Below, one piece after another: positions 27,801 through 40,200 of a stretch of DNA of 64,000 nucleotides; the first letter of the stretch is position 1, and each line of letters opens with the position of its first letter. The notes under the pieces are model-generated. The model was not told the DNA's origin. It made no database searches and worked only from the letters and a program-made list of their open reading frames with translations. Both the position numbers and the translations under genes were made by a program. Source of the DNA: a virus; the IMG/VR virus record IMGVR_UViG_3300017917_000400, positions 40,076 to 104,075 of that record; one strand, given 5' to 3'.

Positions 27801-28284
27801 TAATAGCAGTCTGGGAAAAATTAAAGCGATCAGTGATGAAATCATTTATCATCCTGTAAAATATAAAAATTTATTTGGATCAAAAGCAGACATGAGTTTA
27901 CAAGCAACATTTAAAGTTGTAAAGAATACATCGCTAGTTATCAGCGATAACGATATTAAAACTGGCGTAGTAAATGCAACTAAAGAATTTTTCGCTATTG
28001 AAAACTGGGACTTCGGGGATACGTTTTATTTTGGTGAACTAGCAACATATATTATGACCAAGATGAGTCCTAAGATTGCAAATATTGTTTTAGTACCAAA
28101 TAATCAAAATTTAGCATTTGGTAGTTTATACGAAATCAAATCTAATCCTGATGAGATTTTTGCTACTTCAATTTCTGTAGATAACGTTGAAATTATATCA
28201 GAAATAACTGCGGCAAGATTAAACACTACAGGAGTAGTTTTAACATCTAGCTCAATGTCAGCCAACGGTGTGGTTAGTAATTAA
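24853..28284 (+). CDS. gp6: Baseplate wedge protein (gp6-like), extended to 1143 aa
   Basis: YDFDNLRRTMITYLRENYPEDFNDY, AERRESVLRLARLLSYNPKR, FADGTFGNLP, QSRMITGEDY. Confidence 0.88.
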   Translation: MASVDRQNKLIAAEDWKKVYQSFKNADFKSYDFDNLRRTMITYLRENYPEDFNDYIESSEYLALIDLIAFLGQNLAFRFDLNARDNFLELAERRESVLRLARLLSYNPKRNQPANGLLKFTSISTTETVLDSNGRNLSNQTIVWNDSANANWYEQFIKVLNASLPETSQFGKPLASATISGVPCEQYRFNASNTEVPIYGFSKNIDGRNVDFEAVSTTFSGSDSIYEEAPFPTNSLAFLYRDDGGGPPSSNTGFFVHFRQGTLQESTFTIDRPSTSETLDIDSPNINNSDVWLYGLDSIGFETTLWTKVDAVEGNNVIYNSVNKNIRNIYSVLTRSLDRVRLIFADGTFGNLPQGNFKVYYRISNGLSYSINPADVRNVSIDIPYISRSGKKEIVTIALGLKYTVTNATIAETTDSIKTNAPATYYTQSRMITGEDYNVYPLSINQEIVKVKSINRISSGISRYFDLKDSSGKYSATNLFGTDGVLYKEPTTNSFTFSVSTRTDIENVVLNQVIPILSDRKTVDFYLDKYPKIILDPVFSSFYQQTSAVNLSTGYIGDVDDASTKKLGAFTSSNLRYIVPGCLIKFTPEAGKVFDKDNNIIDLANADADSKTYVWSKVINVISDGTASNTGVLADGTGPVILNDIIPTGANLNSILPKFVTGLESSVITRIVDLIFANKEFGLRYDANQTTWKIISDTNVDKKNDFSLGKAGDVSNQQLDASWIILFETNGEVYTVTSRGTRYVFESEKEIRFFYDSSDKVYDTSSGKIIRDSITVLGINTEPDTTSPIDQDIKWEIVDDYKGADGYIDSKKISISFYDNDEDGVVDNPEIFDIVVAPSVNPAEKFIFQKSRISIDGVTDYYYISNNNDLIKIYASQGAIDSNVLADQQLVYIIDEDVVKVFYKESVTFVITTEYRAFVGRDLLKFQYVHAADESARIDPAATNIIDVFMLTKSYDAQYRLWLSGELATRPLPPSSDALYINFNSSLGKIKAISDEIIYHPVKYKNLFGSKADMSLQATFKVVKNTSLVISDNDIKTGVVNATKEFFAIENWDFGDTFYFGELATYIMTKMSPKIANIVLVPNNQNLAFGSLYEIKSNPDEIFATSISVDNVEIISEITAARLNTTGVVLTSSSMSANGVVSN

Positions 28285-28294
28285 AGGATAATAC

Positions 28295-31200
28295 ATGGCA
28301 TTCTCTAAAGATCAAAAAGAACCAAGTCTTCCAACTAGTAGCACAGACACTACTAGAAGTGCGGTTAATTTTTTACCTAGATATTTTAGAACTAGTACTA
28401 ACCAAAAATTCTTAAATGGTACATTAGATCAATTAATTTCTGTAGGCAATGTTGATAAGATCAATGCTTACATTGGCAGAAAAACAAACAAAGCCTATTC
28501 ACCTACTGACAACTATGTAGAAGAAATTTCACTAGAAAGATCTGCCTACCAATTAGAGCCAGCAATTTTAGTCAAAGATTCTTTAGATAATGTAACGTTT
28601 TTTAGCGACTATAACGATTATATTAATCAATTAAAATACTTTAATTCTTCAACAACTGATCACAATAAGATTAACAGTCAAGAGTCCTACTCATGGGATC
28701 CTCATATTGATTGGGATAAGTTCATCAATTACAGAGAATACTATTGGCTTCCAAAAGGTCCGCAAGTAATTGCAATTAAAGGCCAAAGCAAAAACATAAT
28801 CAGTACCTATACAGTAACATTAATTAACGATGTAGACAATATTGCATATTTGTTTACACCAGATGGCCTTACAAGAAATCCTTCAATTAAGTTGTACAGA
28901 GGACAAACTTATAAGTTTGAAATTAATTGTCCAGGAAGACCAATTGCATTTAAAACTGTTAGAGATTTAGATAATGCCTTTATATACGACGACGGCGTTA
29001 CTAGCGATACACCATATGTTGAGGATGGTACAATTACATTCACTATTCCCGACAATGCTCCTGATGTCTTGTATTATGTCAGTCAAAATGACATTAACAC
29101 ATCTGGCTTCTTTAAAATTTATGACATTGAAGAAAATACATTTATTGATGTAGAAAAAGAAATATTAGGTAAAAAGACTTATAATATTGATGGGACATTA
29201 GAACTTTCAAACGGTATGAAAGTTAATTTTATTGGAAACGTTACACCTGAAAAGTATTCAACAGACAATTGGTATGTAGAGGGAGTAGGTGACAAAATAC
29301 GATTAGTAGCAGAAGACTCTCTTCAAACCCCGTTAAGTTTTACATTAGATAAAGATATTGAATTTGACACAGAAAACTTTGATACGCAAGGTTTTGATGT
29401 TAATAACAATTATCCAGATAAAAAAGATTATATTACAATCAATAGATCTAGCAGAGATGGCAACCACTGGAGTAGATATAACAGATGGTTCCATAAATCT
29501 GTTATTGAAACGTCGGCAAATTATAATGATCAGCCTATAGACATTGATCAAACAGCAAGAGCTAAACGACCAATCATTGAATTTAAGCCAGATATCCAAC
29601 TATGGAATTTTGGTACCGAAGCCAAAAAAAGTGTTGACCTAGTTGATTTGTTTACTAAAGATATTTTTTCAACCATTGAAGGAAGTCTAGGATATACTAT
29701 TGACGGTGTATTTTTATTAGAGGGAATGCGAGTTTTATTTGCAGTTGATACCGATACGACCGTTAATGGAAGAATTTTTAAAATTGGATTTGTTACACAC
29801 CTGGGTGTAAAACGAATAACTCTGTTAGAAGAAGATGACACTGATCCAATAGACGGACAATCTGTATTAATCAAGGATGGAGATAATTTTAAAGGAAAGA
29901 TGTTCCATTACTCTAGCGGAGCATGGACAGAAAGCCAAGATAAAACTAACGTTAATGTGCCCCCGTTATTCGATGTTGTTGATGTAAATTCTGTTAGTTA
30001 TGGTGACAGAACAACTTATATTGGTTCTTCGTTTATAGGAACTAAGTTATTCAGTTATCAAGAAGGTGATACTTATGATAACGAATTAGGTTTAAACATT
30101 TCTTATAGCAACATTGGAAATATTGGCGATATACTTTTTGACTTTAATTTGCAAAAAGATTCTTTTACCTTTCAAGGTGAAGTTGAGTTAATTGAAAGAA
30201 ATTTAGACAAGGGTTACTTAAAAATAAATGACAGTATCTCTTCTAGCAGAAGACTAAACGGTTGGATCAAAACAGAATTCCTAACAAGACAGCCAATTAT
30301 TCGACAATATAATGTTACTGCTAATTTACTAAATTTATTTCCTATTGATGTTTACAAGAAAAGCGGAACGCTTGATGATTTAGAAATTAAAGTTTTTGTA
30401 AACAATAAGAAAAGATCTGATTACGAAGTCTACAGACAAAACAGCGTAGCATATATTCAATTTATAACCGACCTTTCAGTTAATGATGTATTAATCATCG
30501 AAACTATTTCTTCAGCAGAAAAAGTAAGCACTGAAGGTTATTACAAATTTCCAAGTAATTTAGAAAGTAATCCTCAAAATTTAAGTTTATACAATTTAAC
30601 ATTAGGACAAATTTCTAATCACGTTAAAACTATAGTTGATAATGTTTCATCTTTTGAGGGGTCCTTACCTGGCACAAGTAATTTAAGAGACCTTGGCGAT
30701 GTTTCAGGATATGGAACACAAGTGGTGCAACACTCTGGACCACTGGCACCAATCATTTATTCTTTTACAAATAAAAATGTAAACATAGTTAAAAGTTTAA
30801 GATATGCTCAAGATGAGTATTCTAAATTTAAAAGAAACTTAATTAGAACCGCAACCACATATGGCTACGACGGTATTACTAGAACACACTTAGATCTAAT
30901 CCTTAAGGAAGTGACTAAGGATACTACAATAGAAGCACCGTTTTATTTGAGCGATATGGTTCCGTTTGGAATTAATTTTGTCTACGAACAAGAAATTATA
31001 GATGATTCGTTTACTGATTATCCGTTAACATTTGATTTTAATCTAGACGAAGCCAGCTCAAAAGCAGTATTAGTCTATGTCAACGACGAACTACTATTGC
31101 ACGGTCGAGATTACATTTTTATAAACACTAGTTTTATAAAAATTCTATCTACAATTCAAACAGGCGACAATTTAAAAATAATACAATACGAGGAAACAGC

Positions 31201-34200
31201 CGGATGCTGTGTCCCGCCAACTCCTACTAAGTTGGGATTATATCCACTGTTTGAACCAAAAATATTTGTTGATAACACCTATCAAGTGCCTACTAAAGTA
31301 ATTCAAGGGCATGATGGTAGTATTACAGTTGCTTTCTCAAATCCAGGTGAACCAGACGAATTTAGAGATCAATTGTTGTTAGAATTAGAAATGAGAATTT
31401 ATAACAACATTAAGATTCGTTATGATGCCGAATTGTTTAATCTTGACAGTATGATTCCTGGTTATTTTAGAAATGCAGATATTTCTTTATCAGAATTAAA
31501 TTCTACTCTAAGACAAGAATTCTTAAATTGGACTGGCTTGATCAATGAAGATTACACAAAACATACATTCCTTGATCGAAACAATCCATTTACCTTTAAT
31601 TATAAATCTTTTGTTGATCCATCTGGAGAACAGTTATTAGGTTTTTGGAGAGGTATCTACAAATATTTTTACGACACCGACCGTCCTCACACACATCCGT
31701 GGGAGATGTTAGGATTTAGCATCAAACCAACATGGTGGGAAACAACTTACGGGCCTGCACCTTATACTAAAGATAATTTATTACTATGGAATGATTTAGC
31801 GGAAGGAACTATCAGAATTCCGGGAGAGTTTCCTAGAAAAAATAATCTATATGCTAGAGCAGACCTATTAAAATTTATTCCTGTTGACGGTGAAGGACAA
31901 TTAATTGATCCTTTAGAAACAGGTTTAGTTTCTGAATTTATTTCAGTCTTTACAGAAAAAGAATTTACCTTCGGTGATCATGCACCTATTGAAACTGCAT
32001 GGAGACGTAGTAGCCACTATCCGTTTGCTCTTATCACAACACTAACATTATTGCGACCAGCAAAGATGTTTGCACTTGGATTTGACAGAATTCGTCAATA
32101 CAGAGACGAAACAGGACAAATTGTCTATAAAACTCCAACAGGAAATTCTCGATTTAATCTAAGCAATTTAATATTTCCAAGTACAGTTAAAGACTCAACA
32201 AGAGTTTTTGCCAGCGGTCTAGTTAATTATTTGATTAGTTATGCCGTAAGCAAGTCCTTTACTATTGTTGATAATTTTAAATCTGATCTAAGTTCATTGC
32301 AGATTAAAATATCTAGTAAACTTGCTGGATTTACAACTAAAGAAAAATTTAAATTAATTTTAGATAGTCGTAGTCCGTTAAATCAAGGAAATGTTTTCAT
32401 TCCTCAAGAAAACTACGATATAATCTTAAATTCAAGTACACCTGTGACTACTATCAGTTATAGCGGTGTCATTATTGAAAAGTCTGCCAGCGGATTTATT
32501 CTCAAAGGTTATAATAAGACTATTTCAGAATTTAAGTATAATAAGCCCGTAGAAACAGTATCTGATCCAATTATTAGCGTTGGCGGAATATCAGAAACAT
32601 ACACTGAATGGCAGTCGTCAAAATATTATGCTAAAGGGTTAATAGTTAAGATCGATCAAAACTATTTTAGAGTTACAACCGGCCATACAAGTACCACAGC
32701 ATTTGAATCTAAGTATTTTGCCAAGTTACCGTCATTGCCTGTAATAGGCGGCCGAGAAATAATTTTAAGAAGAAATTTTGAATCTGAAATTAGTTCGTTG
32801 CACTATGGTGCGGAATTAAGAACAGTACAAGAAGTTGTAGACTTTTTGCTAGGTTATGGAAAGTATCTTACCGATGCAGGATTTGTTTTTGAATATTTTA
32901 ATCCAGCACTTAAAACAGTTACTGACTGGCAGACCAGTGCAAAAGAATTTACATTCTGGACCACACAAAATTGGGCAGAAGGCTCAGTTATTTCATTGAG
33001 TCCATCTGCTGAAGAATTAATTTACAATAAAGAATATTCTATTGTTGACAGCATATATGATCCATTCTATGAATATTCAATATTCAAACAAGATGGTGTT
33101 GAACTAGAACCTTCATTTACAAACTCTATCAGAGAAAATAATAATTTTAGCCTAAGACCAAAAAATACCGCAGACGGGTTGTATCATGCTACATTAAATC
33201 TTGTGCAAAAAGAGCATGTTTTAATTTTAGATGACGTAACAATCTTTAATGATATCATCTATGATCAAATACAGGGATACAGACAAGATAGAATAAAAGT
33301 AGTTGGTTATAAAATCAGCGACTGGACCGGCAATTTTAATATTCCAGGATTTGTTTATGACCGTGCAATAGTAACCGAGTGGAAACCATGGAAAGACTAT
33401 GCGCTTGGCGAAACTATAAAATATAAAGAATTTTATTATAGTGCTAGAAAAAATGTTTCTGGTGCAGAAACATTTGATGACAACGAATGGTATAAACTTT
33501 CTGATCGACCTGAGAGTAAATTAATTCCTAACTGGGATTATAGAGCAACACAGTTTGAAGATTTTTATGACCTAGATACAGACAGTTTTGACGTTGATCA
33601 GCAAAAATTTGCACAGCATTTGATCGGATATCAAAAGCGTCAATACCTTGAAAATATTATCAACGATGACGTAAGTCAGTATAAGTTTTATCAAGGTATG
33701 ATTCAGGAAAAGGGTACACAGAATAGCCTTTCAAAATTATTTGACGCATTGAATTCTGCTGATCAAGACAGTTTAGAATTCTTTGAAGAGTGGGCAATAC
33801 GTTTGGGTCAATACGGAGCCAGCGGAGGATTTGAGGAAGTTGAATACGTTCTTAACGAAGAAAAGTTCTTAATTAACCCACAGCCAATTGAACTAGTTAA
33901 TCAAATTCCGTTTGGCGTAAACGATTTTGTATATCGTATAACTCCAGATCAAGTATATTTAAAACCCGATGATTATTTACATGCTCCATTCCCAACTGTG
34001 TCATCACAGAACGAGTATATTAGAACAGCCGGTTATGTAAATTATGAAGATGTTGATTATATAATTTCTTCAAAGGACGAATTTGCAGATTATAATATCA
34101 AAGATCTAGTTGAAGGACAATATTTCTGGTTAGGATTTGACAGGAGTTCATGGAACGTTTATCGATTTACTAATTTTGCTAAATCAATTAAACGTGTTGA

Positions 34201-37200
34201 AGAAACTGATAATTTTAGAATTGTTTTAAATTTTAAATTACCTTTAGATATTGTGATAGGTAGTTATGTTGGTATTAATAATACCAACACATCGGTAGAA
34301 GGAATCAAACAAGTTATTGATGTTGGCTTAGATTGGTTTGAGATAACAATGCCTGCAGACATTGACACTGCGGCTATCATAGAAATTAATACAGCATTAA
34401 ACATTAATTTGTTTAAATTTACGTCTCAAAGATTATCTAGCATTAATGATTTAAATTCATTACCTATATCTGGTAAGAAAAATAATGAACTAGTGTGGAC
34501 CGACGGTACTAATAATAACTGGAGTGTATGGAAATTTAAAAAAACATATACTAGCAGTGAAATTTCTAATGAAGAAAATTATTTTAGTAAAGTCGTTGCT
34601 GTCAGCGACAATGAAACAGTATTAGCAGCCTCAGCATCAAATACTGTAATATATTACACACGACCAACTACTAATTTTGGTTGGGCTCTGCAGGATGTAT
34701 TAGCGCCATTATCTACAGAAACATTTGTTGACACTAACGGAAGTTTTGGCGAAAGTCTATGTTTTAATGCTGACGGATCTTATCTATTTGTTGGTGCTCC
34801 TAGATACGGTATAACATCGGTACCCGGAGTTCTACCAACAGATCCTCCAATAATAACCGAAGTTAATATTGGTTATGTTGCACAGTATACTAAAAATATC
34901 TATGGAAACTACGAATTTACTAGAGTTATACAAAATGCTACACCAACACAATTTCAAGAATTTGGTTCTAAAATTCAAGTAAACGGAAACACGCTTTATA
35001 TTGTTTCTGCTGGCGGAGTAGCACTTGATGGTAGCACATTAATTCCTGCATCATTAACTGCTTATAGTTTAATTTCAAATACTGTATTAGCATCATTAAC
35101 ATTTACTCCGGGTATTTCAGTAACTGATTTTAATGTTTCACAGAATAATACTATTGTAATTTCTAAAGATGACGAATCGGTATCGGTAATTCGATTAAGC
35201 AGTTCAACATTTGTTACAGTATCAGAAATTAATCTCAGCGACTTTGTTTCTATAGAACAAATTGAAACTGGCAGTAATTTTGCAACATCGGCAGCAATTT
35301 CTAAAGATGGAAATTATGTTGCTATTGGTATACCTGGTTATTCTAAATTAGCCTCAAATCAAGGCGCCGTGGCTCTGTTTAAATTATCCGGAGCAACGTA
35401 TCTAGCAGACGATTTAATAACTAGTCCGTTAAATCAAGACAGCGAAAAATTTGGTTATAGAATTAGATTCAACGCAGGCAGCGACAGACTAGTAGTCTAC
35501 AGTTTTGGCGGTAGTCAAACAGTTGAAACAGTTATTGATAGCGGAGAAACAACATTTGATTTAAATGTTACTAAATTTATCGAAGTTGAAGAATTTACCG
35601 GAAGTATTCGTGTATATGAAAAATATGATACTAAGTTTTTAATTGGTGATGAGTTAGAACCACAAAGCATTTTAGGAAATAATTACGGAGATGCTTTTGT
35701 AGTCGTTAATAGTGTTTACGTTAATGATCAAACAATTACAAACGGTGCATTTTATGAATTTAAAGGTCTAGATAAATCTTGGACAAAATATCGTAGTCCT
35801 GAACCTTCAGTTGACCTTTCAAAGATAAAATCTCTGTTCTTATACAATACAAGAACTAACAGTGTAGTTGCAAATCTTGATTTTATTGATCCAATTAACG
35901 GAAAGATTTTAGGTATAGCAGAACAAGAATTAAGTTACAAAACTTATTATGATCCGGCTGTTTACAATGTAGGCACTGAAACTGTAGTAGTAGATTCCTT
36001 AACATCCTGGACTAACAGAAACGTTGGAAAACTATGGTGGGATTTAAACACAGTTAAATTTGCAAATCCGTTACAAGGCTCTGTTGTTTACAAAGCAAAT
36101 ACATGGAATACAGTTTATAATGAATCAACAGTTGATATCTATGAATGGGTAGAAACTGAATACTTGCCAGCAGAGTGGGACAGTCTTGCAGATACCGAAA
36201 CCGGGCTAGCCTTGGGCATTAGCGGTCAATCTAAATATGGAAATCTTGCTTACAGTTTGACACAGAGGTACGATAACGTAAGTAAGACATTTAGAAACAT
36301 TTACTATTTCTGGGTTAAAAATAAAGTTACTGTTCCTGATGTAAGTTTTAGAAAAACATCAGCCAACGATGTTGCTAATTTAATAGCCAATCCAAAAGGT
36401 CAGGGAATACAGTACATAACTTTATTAGGTGCAAATCAATTAGCATTAGTGAATTGTAAAGATTTAATCGTAGGCAAAGATGTTGCATTGAATGTTCGTT
36501 ATTGGACTATTTCTAATACTGAACAAAATATTCATGCACACTATCAACTTCTAGCCGAAGGAAATACAAATAAAAAATTAAACAAATATGTTGAACAAAA
36601 ATGGTTTGATAGTTTAGTTGGATATGATATTAATGGCGGTGAAGTACCAGATCCAAGATTGCCTGCAAAACTAAAGTATGGTATTCTTAACAAACCTCGT
36701 CAGGGAATGTTTATTAACAGACTTGAGGCATTAAAACAATTTATTGAAAGAGTCAATTCTGTATTAATTACTAGATCAATTATTGATGATTTAAATCTTT
36801 CAAAATTAAATTCTAAAGAAGATCCTCCAAGCGAAATTTCTGGAAAATATGATATAGCAATAGACACTCAGAGTCAGATAAGATTTGTTGGTTCGACTGG
36901 ATTCCAGCAAGCATCTGTTTCTCCTGTAGTTGAAGCCGGTAAGATTGTTCGCGTAATTGTAACTAGTGCAGGCCGCGGCTACAAACTACCTCCAGAAATT
37001 ACAATAGTAGGCACAGGTTCTGGAGCAAAATTAACAGCAGTAATTAATTCAATTGGAGAAATTACTAGTGTAACTGTAAATAATTCTGGTCAAGATTATT
37101 TAGATACAACTGTATTATCAGTTCGACCATTCACAATCTTAGTTAACAGCGACGAAACTGCGGCTAACAAGTGGAGTTTATACATCTGGAATACTGCAAC

Positions 37201-40200
37201 TAGTAGTTGGTTTAGATCTAAAACACAGACCTACGACGTAACCAAACATTGGAATTATGTTGACTGGTATGCAGATGGATACACAGCATTTACAAAAATT
37301 GATTACCAGGTTGATTTTTCTTATGAAATGAGTTTTATTGATATTGCCATCGGCGATTTAATAAAAATTAAAAATGAAAAATCTGGTGGTTGGATATTAT
37401 TAGAAAAAATTAATAATCTTTCTACTGATAACGTTTCTTTAAATTATAAAACAGTAGGCAGACAAAGCGGCACAATTCAATTTAATTCTAATCTTTACAA
37501 GTTTACAAATAGTAACATTGGATTTGATAGTTTTACCTACGACAGCGATGTGTACGATGACGAACCAAAAGAAGAATTAAGAATTATTTTAGATGTAATT
37601 AAAAACAACATTTTAGTTGACGATTTAGAAATAGAATATAACAAATTATTCTTTGCAAGTCTTCGTTATGTATTCTCAGAACAAACATTTGTTGACTGGG
37701 CATTTAAGACAAGTTTTGTTAAGAGTCAACATAATCTTGGAACACTACAACAAAAAGTTAATTACAAAAATGATAACCTAGCCAGTTACGAAGAATATAT
37801 TAATGAAGTTAAACCTTACCGTAGTAAAGTAAGAGAATTTATCAGCAATTATAATGCAATAGATAATACCAACACTGGTGTAACTGACTTTGATCTTTCT
37901 GCAAAATATAACATAGAAGAAGGAAAAATACTACCCTTTGATGTAAAGGTTAGAAATGATGCAATCGTTTACTCAGATTCTTCAATTTTGAGCGAACCAT
38001 ACAGTGATTGGTTAGATAATGTAGGACACAGTGTAACAGAAATTATTGTTACAAATGGCGGTTCTGGTTACCAAGCACCTCCGTCTGTAGAGATTATCGG
38101 AAATTGTAAGTTACAGGCTACAGCCCAGGCCTACATATCCAGCGGATCTGTGACACGAATTATTGTTAAAAATTTAGGACAAGGATACATTACTACACCT
38201 TCTGTAGTTATAACTGGTTCAACTGGAACTACGGGTACCACAGCAACTGCCTACGCAGTATTGGGTAATAGCCTTTCTAGAACTAACACAATTGGTGTAA
38301 AATTTGATAGAACAATTCCTGAATACAAAATTAGTTCTATTACAGTTTCTCAAACTTTTAATGGCACAGGATCAAGAACTTTATTTGAGTTGACCTGGCC
38401 CATTGACGTTAGAACTAATAAGACATCTGTAATCGTTTCCAACGAAGAATTATTGTCTACAGACTTCACAGTCTATAACAAAAAAGATACTTCAAAAGGA
38501 TACACAAGATATATTGGAGTTCTAGAACTAGACACAGCCGCAGAAATTGGCACAGCCAATGTTGTTATTACCTATACAAAAGACATTAATCTTCTAAGTG
38601 CCGCAGATAGAATTCAGTATTATTACAATCCTAAGACTGGGCAATTAGGTAAAGACCTTGGACAGTTAATGCAAGGCGTCGATTATGGCGGTGTTGAAGT
38701 TACTGGTCTAGGATTTGAGATTGGATCAGGTTGGGACGGCCTACCATGGTTTACTTCAGGTTGGGACGATTTTGACGAAGCATATACTGATAACTTATTT
38801 GTTTCTGACGGAACATCTAGATCATTCAGCCTTCCATACATTCCCGAAGATGGAGAATTAATTACAGTATACCTAAACGGTGTTAGAATTGATGATCCTA
38901 ACTATGATGAATATACAGCCGCAGAAGAAGCATATAATACATCTGCCGCGGAACTAGCAACATTAACCGCAGAGAGAGATTTACTGCAAACACAGACTGA
39001 TGCTAAACAAGACGAACTTGACGGGTTAACTCAGGATCTAATCGATACACAGGCAGTCATTGCAGATCTTGAAGCTCAACTAGCAGTTACACCGCCAAGT
39101 AATCCATTATATTTTACTTTACAAACTTTATTAGCAGAAAACGAAGCGCAAGAAGCAGAATTAATTGACGACATTAACACAGTCAACGGAGAATTGTTAG
39201 ATTTACAAGCAGACTTAGCCGCTAAACAAATTCAAGTAACTGCTAAAACAACTGAAGTTGCAGACAATCTTGCAACATTAAATTCTGCTCCTGAAATTGT
39301 AAATGAAGATGCACAGATGAATACATTTGTAGGCGACGGTAGTACTGATATTCCTATTGTAATACCTGCCTACGTTGATTTAAACGAAGGCGACACAATA
39401 ATTTTACGTAAGAGTACTAGCGACGGAAGTTTTAGACCAAACCGACAATTCTTTGATTCTGAAATTACAGGCGGCGACTTTACTTACACTTCTGCTCGAG
39501 GAATTCGAGCAGAAGAAATTATTATTGATGGTGATAATTTTGTAACACCTACTACAAACTATGCTCCTGAAGAAGTAGTTACTGGACAGGTTGTAGATTC
39601 AGTAGCAATCACAGTGTTCCATACAGTTGAAGACGGCGCACCAGTAATTGTTACAAGACATTATATTACTACAGAACCTGAAAATGAATTCTTAATTGGT
39701 CAGCGACCTAACAGTACTCAGGCCGCATTTGTTAAAGTAGACGGCTTAATCAAAAAACAAGATGTAGATTATACATTAAATTTTGCTCAATCAAAGATTG
39801 TTTTCCTAACAAATCTTCCAATTAACAGCGAAGTTGTTGTTACATCAATGAGCAAAAATGGTTTAAATGTTTTAGATTCGGATACATTTATTGGAGACGG
39901 TGTTACAACTGAATTCGTAACAGTTGCTCGCTGGGCAGGAGATTATTCTGTATTAGTATCAGTTAATGGTAATTCCGCTACTGTTACAACTTTCGTCACT
40001 GACGAAACTTATGCTGAAGTTGGAAATATTGGTATACGTTTTTCAACAGCACCAGCAAATACAGCAATCATAGATTATACAGTTTTAAGTTCGTTAATAG
40101 ATACTGTAAGTCGAGTTTCTGCTGAAACAGTAATCTATGATGGCACTAGTCAAGTCTACGAGTTAAACAACTTACCAGCCAACTTAGAACCGTTTGATAA

